Made by a program: the position numbers and the translations under genes. DNA of 64,000 nucleotides from Felis catus. Lineage: Eukaryota. This document shows, piece by piece, positions 39,618 to 52,219 of the stretch. The number at the start of each line of letters is the position of its first letter. Position 1 is the stretch's first letter. The notes beneath the pieces were generated by a model. It ran no database searches. It had not been told where the DNA came from and saw only the letters and a program-made list of their open reading frames with translations. The DNA is taken from assembly GCF_018350175.1 (NCBI RefSeq), contig NC_058368.1:64544001-64608000 (forward strand), written 5' to 3'.

Positions 39618-39826
39618 GGGGTACATGGGTGGCTCAGTCAGTTAAGCATCCAATTTCGCCTCACGTCATGATCTCACATGGTCTGTGAGTTCGAGCCCCT
39701 CATCGGGCTCTGTGCTGACAGTTCAGAGCCTGGAGGCTGCTTTGGATTCTGTGTCTCCCTCTCTCTTTGGTCCTCCCCCACTCACCTTCTGTCTCTCTCT
39801 CAAAAATAAACATTACAAAAAATTTT
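39618..39826 (+). mobile_element. CanSINE (feline)
   Basis: Full body; perfect TSD aagatgagtataataat at 39600-39616 and 39827-39843. Confidence 0.98.
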
Positions 39827-40535
39827 AAGATGAGTATAATAATATCAATTTCACTTTCCTTTCACTCCCTTGCTCCTCCCTTTGCAAGAATATTTATTGA
39901 AAGTGTGTTCTCTTTCTAGGCGCTTTGCTAGCTGCTTAAAGATAAAGCGTTGAGCAAAACTGATGGTGTCTTGGCTTGGAGATTTCAGGCTAGTGGGGTT
40001 GTGGTGAAGAATAACTAGATAGTGTATGTCAGTTGGTGCACTTGAAGATTCTCTGTGATTATCAGGGTCCTTTCTTCTTACCAGTTGTCTAACCGTGCAA
40101 CTTGTTCAAAGGCTAAGAAGAGTCATGGATTAATACTTTTCAACACACAAAAGGCTTAACCTATATTTAATTCTTTGACTTCACATGATTTTACTTTCTT
40201 GCCATTTTGTAGATGAATACAAAGGGGACAGATAAACAACATCAACTCCTTGGACTGTGGTATGACAGATCTCGTAAGTGGAAGCATTTCAGACATTATC
40301 AAGATGGTATTAATTTAACTTGTACCGCAGTGTTATGTGTGAGGAGTCTCCAATTTTGTTAATGGCATACTTAATTGACAATACAATCATGACTCGGAAG
40401 GGTGTGAAATTAAAATCTTAAGAAGCATATAAAATAATAGGGCAATTCAGAAGTTTTGTGTGAATAAGGCAATGAAATTGGAAAGCATCTTCTTTATGAT
40501 TGACTTTTCATTCCTAGACAATTCCACTTGGTATC

Positions 40536-40890
40536 TGTCTTAGTCCGTTCAAGCTGTTATAAAATATAACATAAACCGTGGTTTATACACCACAGAAATG
40601 TATTTCTCACTGCTCTAAAGGCTGAAAAGTCCAAAATCCAAGGCACTGCTATATGTGGTGTCTGGTGAGGGCCTGCTTCCTAGATATTTGTCTTTTTACC
40701 CTGACCTCACATGGCAGAAGGGCCTAGGTTGCCCCGTGAGATCTCTTTTATAAAAAGGATTAATTCTATTCCTGAGGGCTCCATCCTCATGACCTAATCA
40801 CCTCCCCCAAACCCCATCTCCTGATACCATCACTTTAGAGTCAGGATTCCAACATAGGAATTTTATGGGGACACAAACATTTAAACCATA
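40536..40890 (-). mobile_element. MLT1A0-type MaLR solo LTR
   Basis: tgtcttagtccgttc...tctggtgagggcctgcttcc...cctcacatggcagaagg...ccctcatgacctaatcacctccc-like...ggggacacaaacatt; gtatc on both sides. Confidence 0.93.
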
Positions 40891-43234
40891 GTATCCAATG
40901 GAAAAACTGACATAAAACATTAATAATCACTTACCTAATTAAGAAAAAAACATCAAAAATAGATATACATGATGTTTCTAAAACTTACAACATAGAATAG
41001 AGCAGTACATCTAGATGCTAAGGATTGTGGTCTGGAAAGAACTTACCACATTGGTTTAGATCTTTCATCGTCTAGGTCTTTATGATATAAAAAATGTTTA
41101 AGATATAGTTCAAAGGTCTATTTTCAGCTATTGCTGGTGTCTCAATACCTCTCAAATACAGAGATGATGGTACTGATCAGTGACCATAGCTGAGATATGG
41201 ACTTTGAGCTTTATGTTTTAGCAGTGATGGGATGAAATGGGTATTTACATTCTCTTACTGTGTTTCTGCCTTGGTCCAACTTTTAATATGTGTCTTGTAT
41301 TTGTTAGGGAGCTAGGTAACTAAGAATGTATCACATGAGCCTCAGAATAGACTAGAATCAAACCTATGTCTCTTCACTAGTGGCCTTGTGCTCTGGCCAA
41401 ATGAGCCTTTCAAAACAAATGACTTTCAATATTATTACATGTTCTCTTAACAAATTACAGATTTTTTTTCAAATAGGAAATGGCTGATTTATTTTAAATT
41501 ACAATTAATATTATCCTTTCAAATTTCAAACATATTGGGTAAATGGAAGTGAATATTTAAGTTTTACAATATATCAAGGGAAAGCAGTTATGTAAATTCT
41601 ATACACACTGATGGGATAGAAATCTGCACATTGGAATTTCGAATCCCCTTCTGTTTTTTTATAGTATCACCATAATACAAAAAACTACTGCTCTATTGCA
41701 TTAAAAGCCCATACTTATTAGTGAAATGGCCAGGAAAATATATTCACTCACTCAGGGAAGTATTAACATGAGACATTTTGCATAAGTGTGTATATCACTT
41801 GAACTTCCTTTGAACTCTGTGCACTTCTTGCTATTTATGACAAAGAAAGCCATTGCTCACAAAGTATCGAGTTTGCCTTTGAAGCAATACCAGATCATTG
41901 ACAAAAGGCAGGGCTGAGATTAGATGCCCAGGGTTACTGTCCCAAAGCTATGTGAAATGTCAGCTAATTGGAAATGGTAATTATCCCACATAACAGCATA
42001 AACTGTTTCATTCTAGGGTATGTGTTGCTTTTAAATTAATAGCCATTGATCTTCTGGTTTTTCACAATTCTTCTCTGTCCTTTTGTCAAATTATCCAGCC
42101 ATCAGTCCTTGGGACAAAACCCATTTCACCATTTTTATTGACCATGGTTTAATGAGTGACCTGGCCTTCCTGTTTGGATAGACTGTAATAGGTCCATCCA
42201 TCTGAGGGTCTGTCAGCCAGAGCTGTGTAACCTTTACTGTATATTTGGTTTCTTTGTGGAAAAGTTTTAAAATAAAAACTTCAAATAATTGTGTTACTGT
42301 GGCTCTTTGCATTTTTTTCAGGTACTGGTTGGGAGGAGCCCAATTAATGACAGTAGTAATAGATGTTTAAATTATGATCTACTGAGAAAGGCTGTCCCTG
42401 GAGAGATGAATAATATATATTCAAAATGTTCAGCTTGCATCTAATGGGCAGTGTTTCATACCAAATGGCTTTGAGGGAAATTTGTATAGTATAATTTTTC
42501 AGGCCCAGAATTAAGATTCTCAGTTATGATGGGGGAAAAAAAAACTGTCAAGTAGAAATTAGAAATACATATTCTCCACAGCTATAACATGAACTACAAG
42601 TGCGCTCTGATCCCATAAAATTGAGTTACTTTAGAAAATATTTCAAAGTAACCTAATCTCGAGTCAATGTTTTCTATTGTAATGGTAGACATCCCAAAGA
42701 CACTTGGGCTCCATCCGGTTTAACAAAGTGAGGACATGAAGAGTATGGGATTTTATTCAAATATTCAGGCGAAATTCTTCATTGTTGAGGTTAGAAGCCT
42801 TCATTGTTGAGGTAGTGATTACGGGAAAGCTATATTATGTCTTTAGTTCAAGCCTTGGCACAAAATCATAAAACTAGTTTTGTTTTTGAGTGTGAATGAA
42901 GTCAGTGCAACGTCTTTCTAGTCATCTTGGAAGTAGGAAACCGTGCTTCCTACAGCTTTACTTGTAGGTCATCGGTTGTGACTACGAAGTAGATTCACCC
43001 ACTACGGAGACTCAGAACACAGATTTGGTACTGAAAATAGTGGAAGGTAAAATTTACCTGACATGTCAAAAAATGAACAGATCCCTTTTGTGACCCACAC
43101 TGTTTGGGCACAAAGATGAAAATATTTAATCTGTCTGGGAAATCACAGTTTTGTATCTTAGAGAAAACAGAAGGAAAATGTTTGGACGTTGAGGTGAAGA
43201 GCAGCTCGGTTGCCTCCCTTGCTCAAAATGATTG

Positions 43235-43694
43235 TGAAAAAGACGCCTGGACTACCTTAGTCAGGCTTCTGTAGGAGCTCTAGGCCTTAACCTTGGCACT
43301 TAACCTTGTTGGGTCTGAAATACCCACTTGTAGCAGGAATCTTGCTAAGTCAGTGTAGCTAGATCCCCCCCCACCCTCAATACCTGATTCCCTCGGTGTG
43401 TGATTACATTCGTCGTTGCCCACCGTCCCCAGGAGATGGGGTGATTGCCCTGTCCTCTTCAGCATGCCCTTCGGGCGTGTTTAAACTTTCACCCCTGATG
43501 CTTTCTCTTTGTGCTTTTCCTCCCACTGACCCTTCATCGTGCTCCTGGGCTATGAATCTACACGTGTCCGTGCTGTATTCCGAACTGAGCTCAGTTCTGT
43601 ACTGAAGCCTCCCTTTTCTGATTGCAAGCATTCCTGAATTTTTTTTTTTTCTTTTTTTTATCACTTTCCTGCCCAGCTCTGGTGTTCTTTAACC
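43235..43694 (+). mobile_element. ERV1 solo LTR, MER31/MER67 group
   Basis: ttagtcaggct...tagcaggaatcttgctaagtcagt...cccccaccct...acccctgatg...ccactgaccc...gctcctgggctatgaat...ttctttaac. Confidence 0.82.
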
Positions 43695-45335
43695 ATTTTT
43701 ACCACTTTAGCCGCTTCAGGTTCTGTTTTTTTCCCTGACATTTCCATATACCTTGTTCCATTTCAAACCAATATTGATTAGGAAACGATGTCCCTTCTGT
43801 CCTGTCCTAAACTCAATGTCTGAGAGTAAATCAAAGTATTTGCCAGAGGAACCCAAGCTTGTGTCTGTGGGACTTTAGCAAGCTTTCTTTTCTGCACAAT
43901 TCTCTCTTCCCTCCCTCCTCTGCTATCAGCTAGAATAGGAAGCTGGGGGCCATGCCTTCCCCCCACCCCCCATAGGAAGGAAAGTGACAGAAGATTAATG
44001 GTCATTTCTGTCTTATTAGCATAAAACGAGGGCATTAGGCTTCTTCCCTGAAAATCCTCCCTTTTATAATAAAAGTAACTGTAAGGCCAAATTCTTTGCC
44101 TTGTGCAAGAATATCCATTAGGAAAAATATCACAAAAATACTTATACATCTGTCTTATAAACTTAATGAAGTTTAAGTCCACCGAATCTGTTCTTTCAGC
44201 CCTCTGAAACCTTAGAATAAAGGCTCTCTAGAGGTGATCAGAATGAAAGAGCATGCAGTTATAGCTGGGTATTGCTTTGGGGAAGATAAAACCAGTAGTC
44301 GTTCACTCTACAGCCTGCATTCATGTAATTGGTGTTCCCTAGTAAACTATCTGGCATGCAAAATGCTAAGTGTTCAAAGTACCTGGCATTTGTGATCATT
44401 GGAATTGTAAACCGTTGGCATTTGGTTTATGTTCTTGAGCCAAACCATTTTGTACTACTCTTAAATATTTTGGCTTTGGAACTTTGTTTTTGATACAGAT
44501 AATTTCTCTTGTTATTTCCCCATTTCCGTTATTGCTGTCCTGCATTCAGCTGTAATTTGCTTTAATTGAGTCATCCCCATGATCATGGAGAATTTGTTTA
44601 GCCATTGCAATTTTTAGCTGTAATCTCATTTTGAATTGTTTATCCTGATGATTAACATTAGTGCACGAAGATTCAGTAGAGAAAAAATTGTTATGTGGTA
44701 AATTCACTATTTAATAGTTAATATAAGTCTTCAAATGTTGAGTGTCAAGGTTGCAGTGTCTCTTTGATCCATAAAAGGCTTGTCAATGAAGACAGTTCTG
44801 TTGAGAACCTATATTGAAAATCCAAATATTTTTTTTTTTGAAATCTGCTTTGAGTCTTGAGGATTTGGAAATTTACATAAATGATCTGAATCTCAGCAAG
44901 CTCTGAATGCACAGCAATGATTTAATGGGATAATTTAAAGAGAGCCTGCCATTGGAGTGATGATTATCTACAAAAGTGATAATTTACTAAGTGATTATGC
45001 CTGTGTCATAACTTAATTTCACATTGGTCGTTTTTAATCAATAAACTGAAATATAACCGGGTTAGGGAACATATAAACCTGCATCAGTCCAGTGAAAGCT
45101 GTTAGCAGGGAGAGAAAAGAAGAAATTGTAAAAATTAGATTGAATTATTTGGGAGAGCTTAAAAGAACTTTAGTTTTGCCTCAGCTGTGATACTCAGCGT
45201 GAGACAGAATGAGCTTCACTGCAGGGCTTGGATTTCCAGAAATCTACTCAGTGGGGCTTGTCCAACATTGGACTTTTCCAACAAACAAAAAGAAATCTTA
45301 CACACTTATTTCGGAGTTCTTGATGTATGCAACGT

Positions 45336-45375
45336 GTTTTGTTTTGTTTTGTTTTGTTTTGTTTTGTTTTGTTTT
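45336..45375. repeat. (GTTTT)8 microsatellite
   Basis: Directly visible. Confidence 0.97.
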
Positions 45376-45554
45376 TATCCTAATCACATGGAACTGATGG
45401 TGCTGGATTGGAGGCATCTCTACTCTGTTCCTGACAAGTAGTGTGAATTTGGGCAAGTTTTTCATTCTCTCCCAATTTTTCTTTTACCGTTTAAGAGATG
45501 GAACTTTCAGAAGATTATCTTTACACTATATGCACCTCTACAATTCCATATTAT

Positions 45555-46340
45555 GTGGAGATGTCTTCTGCAGTTTATACAAGTCATAGTTACAGAGAGA
45601 GTTCAGGAAAGAAGGTTTGGATTTGAAAGTCCTATTCCTGTAATGTTGGTTAAAGCTCAGAGATTAGATGGGTTCAAGAGGCTGTATTTGTTCATAGAAA
45701 AGGGTAAAGGATCTAGGAAAGAGTCTAGGACCTTGCCAAGGTTGTGTTGAGGAACCAGCAGGTGAGTGTCAGTAACTAGGAGAAAAACAAGGAAAGGATG
45801 GGGTTTCTGAAGCCATGAGAAGGAAGTCTTTAACATAGAAAGGAGTGAAAAACTCTTAGATGCATCTAAGTCCTCATGGACTGCAAGAACAGAAAAGTTA
45901 CCATTGGATTCAGATGCTTATAGCTTGACAAAAGTTGGCTCATGATGATGAACCAATCAGCAGTGACCCTTAGAGTACAATCAAAGTAGTGGAAACACAA
46001 TGGAGGTGATGAAGTGGAAAATGTGATAATAGATAACTCTTTCTAGAAGTTTAACTCTTAAGAATAGCAGAGAACTGGAGCAAAGCTGGAGAGCCATGCA
46101 TAATTAAGGAAATCCCTCCTCCTCTGCCACCTCCTCCTCCTCATCCTTGGTTTTCTTCTTTCGATAGATGTAAAAGAACAAAACTTTAGGAGGTAATACA
46201 GTAGAAAGGAAAAAAATAATGATGCAGGAAACTGTTTAAATAATTATTCAAGATGAGTGAATCCTCAGAAGATGCAAGGCTATGGGCTGTGGCATACGAC
46301 AGGGTTGGCACATGATGGGAATGGAATCACCTCATCCACA
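45555..46340 (-). mobile_element. L2 fragment
   Basis: ccattggatt; atagataactctttctagaagtt; aatgatgcagga. Confidence 0.6.
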
Positions 46341-46771
46341 TAAAAATTATGTATTTTTCTAAAGAAATGTCACTGAGAACCAAAGACTAGCCCTATGCAT
46401 GTGTATGTAGTAGGTTGTGATGTAAAATGCGGTTCTCATTCTAGGTCCTAGTCAAAAAAGTGTTTATAAGTAAAATGCTTTGCAGTAACTGAAGTAAGGG
46501 AACAGATTGGTGAAGGGCAATCATAAGAAAGAATACAAAGGGAGGAGAAGAATAAAACAGTGTCTTCAATACCAAAGATGGGGAACTTCTGGAGGTAGCA
46601 GCCGATGACATTATCAGGTGCTTCTGGGAGGTTTATGGAGTTCAGTGCTCAGAGATGATGTTTTCAACAAGGAATTTCAATGTGAACATTACTTTGTTTA
46701 CATAGTTGAAGTGGAGAAAATAGAAAACTAGATTTAAAAAGATTTGTGTAATCTTTATTCTTAGGGCAAGG

Positions 46772-47002
46772 TTTTCTTTTTTTTTTTTAATGTTTATTCA
46801 TTTTTTAGAGAGAGACAGAGAGAGAGAGAGACAGAGCACAAGTCGGGGAGGGGCAGAGAGAGAGGGAGACACAGAATCTGAAGCAGGTTCCAGGTTCCGG
46901 GGCATCAGGACAGAGCGTGACTAGGGCTCAAACCTACAAACTGTGAGATCATGACCTGAGCCAAAGTCACATGCTCAACCAACTGAGCCATCCAGGTGCC
47001 CC
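46772..47002 (-). mobile_element. CanSINE (feline)
   Basis: Poly-T, (GA)n and full body to caggtgcccc. Confidence 0.97.
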
Positions 47003-47077
47003 AATGTGTTTCAAAACAAAAGCTGTGGCCTACTACTAGGTCATGACATAAAATGAGTTTCTTACAGCTTACTCGTT

Positions 47078-47182
47078 GTTGTCTGCGCAGAGCCCACTTC
47101 AGATCCTCTGTCCCCTTCTCTCTCTGCCCTCCTTCCCCATTTGTGCTCTCTCTCTCAAAAATAGATAAAACATTAAAAAAAA
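47078..47182 (+). mobile_element. 5'-truncated CanSINE (3' half)
   Basis: gcagagcccacttcagatcctctgtcccc(CT)n...aaaatagataaaacattaaaaaa. Confidence 0.85.
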
Positions 47183-47189
47183 TAAGTTG

Positions 47190-48227
47190 GCTTAGCCAAT
47201 TGAACGTTCACTATGTCACTGAGTAATACATCTAATAACACTTCAGGGGCCAGATAGTGTTACAACTTGCATTTGGAGGTGGTCTTTTTCTTACACTTGT
47301 TGTCTCATGGTCCCAAGTGGACAGACTACTTCATTCTCAGGCATCATTGTGTTTTTATTCTAAGAGTGAAAATCACTCTGATAGGCATAAAAATGCCCAT
47401 TCCCAAAGACATCCATGTCCTAATGCCCAGAGCCTATGAACATGTTGCCTAACTTAGCAAACAGGACTCTGCAGGTGTGATTGAGGAAAGTGAGGTGGAG
47501 AGATTATCCTGGATTATGTGGGTGGGCCCAATATAATCGCTAGGGTACTTATAAGTAAAATAGGTAGTCAGGAAATTCAGAGAGGGACACTTGATGATGG
47601 GAATGGAGTGGGAATGATACAGAGTGAGAGAGATCCAATTGGCAATTGTGTTGGCTTTAAAGATGAAAAGAGGTCAAGAGCCAAGGGTTATGGGTAGCCT
47701 CTCCATGTGGGAAAATACAAACAGATTTCCCCTGGGAACCCTCACATGATTTTAGCCCAAGAATTTCCATGTCACACTTCTGATGTGCAGAACTGAAGAT
47801 AATAGATTTGTGTTGTTTTAAGCCACTAAGTTTGTGGTAACTTTTGTGGAAGCCATAGGAAATTGATATAAATGTGAACGGGCAAAACAAGGAAAACAGA
47901 TGTGACCTTTGAGGTTGTTGCTTTTCATTAGGAAAGCAAAAGCCTTCCTAAGATCCCTAATGAGTTGGCATTTGCTTGTATCTTCTTATCTGGAATTGGG
48001 TCATGTGACCACCCTAAATCTGCCAATAAACCAATTACAATTCAATTGTCATATCTGTATTAGATTAGACAATAGCAGTCTGTGTGCTGGGCCTGGGACA
48101 GGGGTTCTTTTTCTTTCTAAGATCTATTTATCTGTGATTAGCAAGAAAAAATGTATTCTGTTGGAAGAAATGGGTTGAGAAGGCATGAATTTTGGGTAAT
48201 GGAACTGATGTTGGAATGTTGACTATA
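47190..48227 (-). mobile_element. Old MLT1J/K/L-type LTR interrupted by MLT1D
   Basis: tctcatggtcccaag...caggcatca; ggaaagcaaaagccttcc; aattgggtcatgtgaccacccta. Confidence 0.6.
47377..47870 (+). mobile_element. MLT1D MaLR solo LTR
   Basis: cccaaagacatccatgtcctaat...gagattatcctggattatgtgggtgggcccaat...tgttgttttaagccactaagtttgtggtaa. Confidence 0.92.
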
Positions 48228-48369
48228 TAGCAGACATTGGGACCCTCTGGAGATGTAGCAAATGTTGAGACACATGGTATGTAGCAGATGGGTATAAGAG
48301 GGTATAAGAAGGCACTAGGAAGTTAAGTATGTAGCCACACCCAAGGTGAGTTTGCCATAATACCTGCCA

Positions 48370-48905
48370 TATCCCATCCACCAGCAAACCTCATTGTTTT
48401 CTTTCAAAAACCCATTCCAACTTTTTCTTAGGCTCATGTCCACAACCACCACTCTGTTTCAGTCTAACATCATCTGCCTTTTTAATTACAAAAATCATAA
48501 ACTAATTCTCTTCCTAATATCTATTTTGCTTCATATTCATCTCTATTATTTTTTTCATTATTATGCAGCCATAATAATCTTAAAATGTATTCTATTAACA
48601 CCTTATTTTTTGAAAACAACTTTTCATTGAAATTAGAATTAAAATAAAACTTCTTAACTTTCTCTCTTCTCAAGCATTGCTTACAGACAGAAAGATTCAA
48701 CAACATCCCTTTTCCAGGTTTGGCAAGTTTTAGTGAAAGTACTTTCTTCATACAATTTAATTTTGGTTTGAAATTACATGCTCATTTGTGTGACTATCTA
48801 TTCTAAGTTATAAGTTCCACTATAGTAGAAACCAGGTCCAATTCTACCCACTGTTAAATTTCACTTAAACTATAATTGTTGAGTGAGTGATTCATGAGTT
48901 AATAA
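48370..48905 (+). mobile_element. L2 3' region
   Basis: ccaccagcaaacctcattg; accaccactct; taagttccac...; ends ttgttgagtgagtga. Confidence 0.55.
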
Positions 48906-49285
48906 AATAAGAAAAAAATAACACTCTCATCTGCAAGACATTTCTAATCCAGTGGGAAAGAATGAAATGACTATAATAAAAATGATAAAAGCTACATTCT
49001 TTAGACATGTGAATTTGGGCCATTATAGGTCAGACTTTACTATGGATTTGGAGATGCAGGTAAGGAGATGTTGGAGGGTGAATCATTTCAGGTTCATTAA
49101 TAATAGGAATTAAAGCAGGTTGATCTGGAAGAGAAAATCAGATTTACAGACCTAGGTTCACAATCTGAAATGGTATAGAGAACAGAGGGGTGAAATGAGA
49201 AATGAGTTCTTGAAGTTTGATGAAGGCTAGGCTGTGAAAGTTTCCAACACAGTAAACCTGTGCAAAAAGATTCTAAATTTTGGTT

Positions 49286-49315
49286 GTGTGAGTGTGTGTG
49301 TGTGTGTGTGTGTGT
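49286..49315. repeat. (GT)n microsatellite, one interruption
   Basis: Directly visible. Confidence 0.93.
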
Positions 49316-49573
49316 TGTTTCTGAATATATGGTAATTAGTAATAATATTAATGGTATTATAGGAAATTAAAATTTAAGGTAGGATCCTATTAATTAAGTG
49401 CTTACTCCTTCAACAACTATTCAACAAATACTTTCTGAGTGATGAATTTCCAGGGTTCAAAATAAGCACTGAAGATAAGGGGAGAGAAAATAAAGACAGA
49501 CTCTTTGCTCTCATAGAAAAGTTTGTTTTCTCTCATTTTTACAATTGTTTACTTCTTTAAAGTTGTTATTTTT

Positions 49574-49780
49574 TTTTCAACGTTTATTTATTTTGGGGAC
49601 AGAGAGAGACAGAGCATGAACGGGGGAGGGGCAGAGAGAGAGGGAGACACAGAATCGGAAACAGGCTCCAGGCTCTGAGCCATCAGCCCAGAGCCTGACG
49701 CGGGGCTCGAACTCACAGACCCCGAGATCGTGACCTGGCTGAAGTCGGACGCTTAACCGCCTGCGCCACCCAGGCGCCCC
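49574..49780 (-). mobile_element. Young SINEC_Fc-type SINE
   Basis: Many intact CpGs; diagnostic ttcaacgtttattta tail; perfect 15-bp TSD aaagttgttattttt at 49559-49573 and 49781-49795. Confidence 0.99.
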
Positions 49781-50739
49781 AAAGTTGTTATTTTTAAAGT
49801 CTCTAAGACAACATCACAAGTTTATTAAGAGCAGAAGAAATCACTTGCTATATTTCTTCTGTTTCAGTTATGGTAACTATAGTGGAATTAGGCAAATAGT
49901 AATTGAACAACAACCCAATTCAGTTTATTAATTGGGTAATCAATAGATTATAGATCATAAAAATTGATGGAATACTATGGTGCCATTCTGAATTATTATA
50001 GACCTGCCTTACAACAGTGGGTAAAGGGAAAAGGGACATTCAAAACCTATATCGCTAGATTGACTAAAGGAAGATAGCTATTATGGATCATTCAGGCTGA
50101 AAAATTCACTTGGAAGTCTGAATGACCCAGATTCCTCATTCTGATGATAAATAAATGCAACTGCCAAATGCTCCATCGCATTTTGTGTTGTCTTAGTACA
50201 ACATGAATGTCTTGTCTACCTTGAAATGTATCAGTATAATCAAAACATTTAATGCTGATTAACATGACGGACCCTGATTTAATTATAAGGGCTGTCAGGA
50301 AAAATTGAAGAATGGATCTCAATGAGAACAAAGCTTATTCTAGACTGACTCCCATTAGAGAACACACTGAAGAAAGCTATTTCTGTTCTGCTAAACTTAG
50401 ATAAAGCCCTTTTCAGCTAGTATCACTTTACTTAAATTATATACATTAAATAATAATTATGACTTAAAATTTTATAAAATATAAACTGCATGGGACATGC
50501 TTTAAAAATGTGACAGTTTTCAAGTAAAGAAAAGACCCATAAATTTCCAACTCTTTCTCAAAAAAAGTATTTATGTTTGCTTGGTTGACATGAGGAGTAT
50601 AGAAAGTGGGAATCAAATTGAAAAGTAATAGAGTTTTAGTTCCCAATCTCCAAAAATCCATCATAACTTTAAATTTGTCTTTGTGACAATATAGAAGAGG
50701 TTGGTTACTTATATGAAAAAAAAAACAGTAAGAATGGGG

Positions 50740-50940
50740 AGGTACCAATAGGATAGCCACTGGTCACATGTGCCAATTTAAATTTAAAATTAATTAAAAT
50801 AAAAATAAAAAATTCAGTTTTTCAGGCACATCAGCCACATTTCAAGGGCTTGACAGTTACATGTTGCAAGTGGCTATTCTATTAGCCCAAGTATAAGATA
50901 TTTGTATCATCTTAAAAAGTCTTGTTGGACAAAATCACTG
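50740..50940 (-). mobile_element. MER3 hAT-Charlie transposon
   Basis: ccaataggatagccactggtcacatgtg...tttaaatttaaa...aaattcagtt...agccacatttcaag...ttggaca. Confidence 0.9.
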
Positions 50941-51019
50941 CTTTTGTGCATTTGCATTTTTGTTTATCATCTCTAGGCAGTTAACAGAATTCTTGGTGGT
51001 GCATGAAGAATTTTGAAAC

Positions 51020-51239
51020 TTTTTTTTTTTTAATTTGGTATTTAGAGAGAGAGAGACATCATGTGTGTATGGTCCTGTACATGAGCAAGCACAAGTCGGG
51101 GAGGGGTGGAGGGGGAGAGAGAACCTTAAACAAGCTCTACACCCAGCCTACCTTGGACTCCATGTCACTACCATGAGATCATGACCTGAGCCAAAATCAA
51201 GAGTTGGCTGTTGAACTGACTGAGCCACTCAGGCGCCCC
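51020..51239 (-). mobile_element. CanSINE (older, diverged)
   Basis: gagatcatgacctgagccaaaatcaagag...tgagccactcaggcgcccc. Confidence 0.93.
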
Positions 51240-51849
51240 AGAAACTCAAAAGACCACTGGTATGACTAACAATCTAGTGATTGCTAGACGGTGAAGGCAA
51301 ATGGGGCCACTTGTTACTGTAATTACCAGAGTCTAAAGGGATACTGCAATTAGGAGACTGCTTACATATGTAGTTATTTCTGAGAGTGCTTTGTCATGAG
51401 TCACTGAGACGTGTCATGATGCACCATGTGTACTTTCAAAAGAGATAATAACTGACAGACAAGATGCTATGATTATAGGATTGGCTACTTTTTTAAAAAA
51501 TGAGCCTCCATGTATTTCAGTGAGTGAAAATTTCTAGAGAGCAATGATTTTCAACATCCAAGAGTGGACATATATGCTTCAGAGGCAATTTGGGGGGCAA
51601 AACCTGGCCCTGAAACCAGGTTCTAGGTATGTATCTAAGCCCAAGACAGGGAAATACAGGTTATTTGTGCTACGGTGTTTGCTGCCTGAGCTGTGTTCCT
51701 TTGTCCTTTTTTAGTTGCTTAATCTTTATAGTTACTTACATTTTGATTTGTTTCTAATGCCCTGTAATGGCCCTTGAGACAGCATTTTTCCTACCTAGCA
51801 TATTAATATAATGTAGTTAGAAACAGAATTCCTAACTAGGAGGAATAGA

Positions 51850-52075
51850 ATTTTTACTATTAAGAATCCACTACTTACCAGTTGTGTCTCTTAGTAACTC
51901 TGTGACTCATGTACACATCTGTAAAATGGGGATGGTAATAGTAATGGCCACTTTGTGGATTTATTATGATGATTGAATAAAATAATTTATTTTTATTAAT
52001 AACCATACATTAATTACATTTAGAGCAAATTTGGGCACATAGTGTTCATTAAACATGAAAAGCTATTGCTTTTCA
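51850..52075 (+). mobile_element. MIR
   Basis: Core catctgtaaaatggggatggtaatagta; gggcacatagtg. Confidence 0.8.
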
Positions 52076-52219
52076 TGTGGTGCAATTGATATGGTCTCAT
52101 TAATGTTATTCTAGTATCACTTACTCATCCACTTAAATGTTTTGTTTTCAGTGCCTTAGATTTTATTGTAAATGGCTTAGATACTAGAGATAACTTTGAG
52201 TGCCTTAGATACCTCTTAA

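Noticed and set aside
42777..42813. 15-bp direct repeat cttcattgttgaggt x2 with a 7-bp spacer (CRISPR-like or TE footprint)
   Set aside because: Only two copies with a 22-bp period; an ordinary slippage duplication in eukaryotic DNA.
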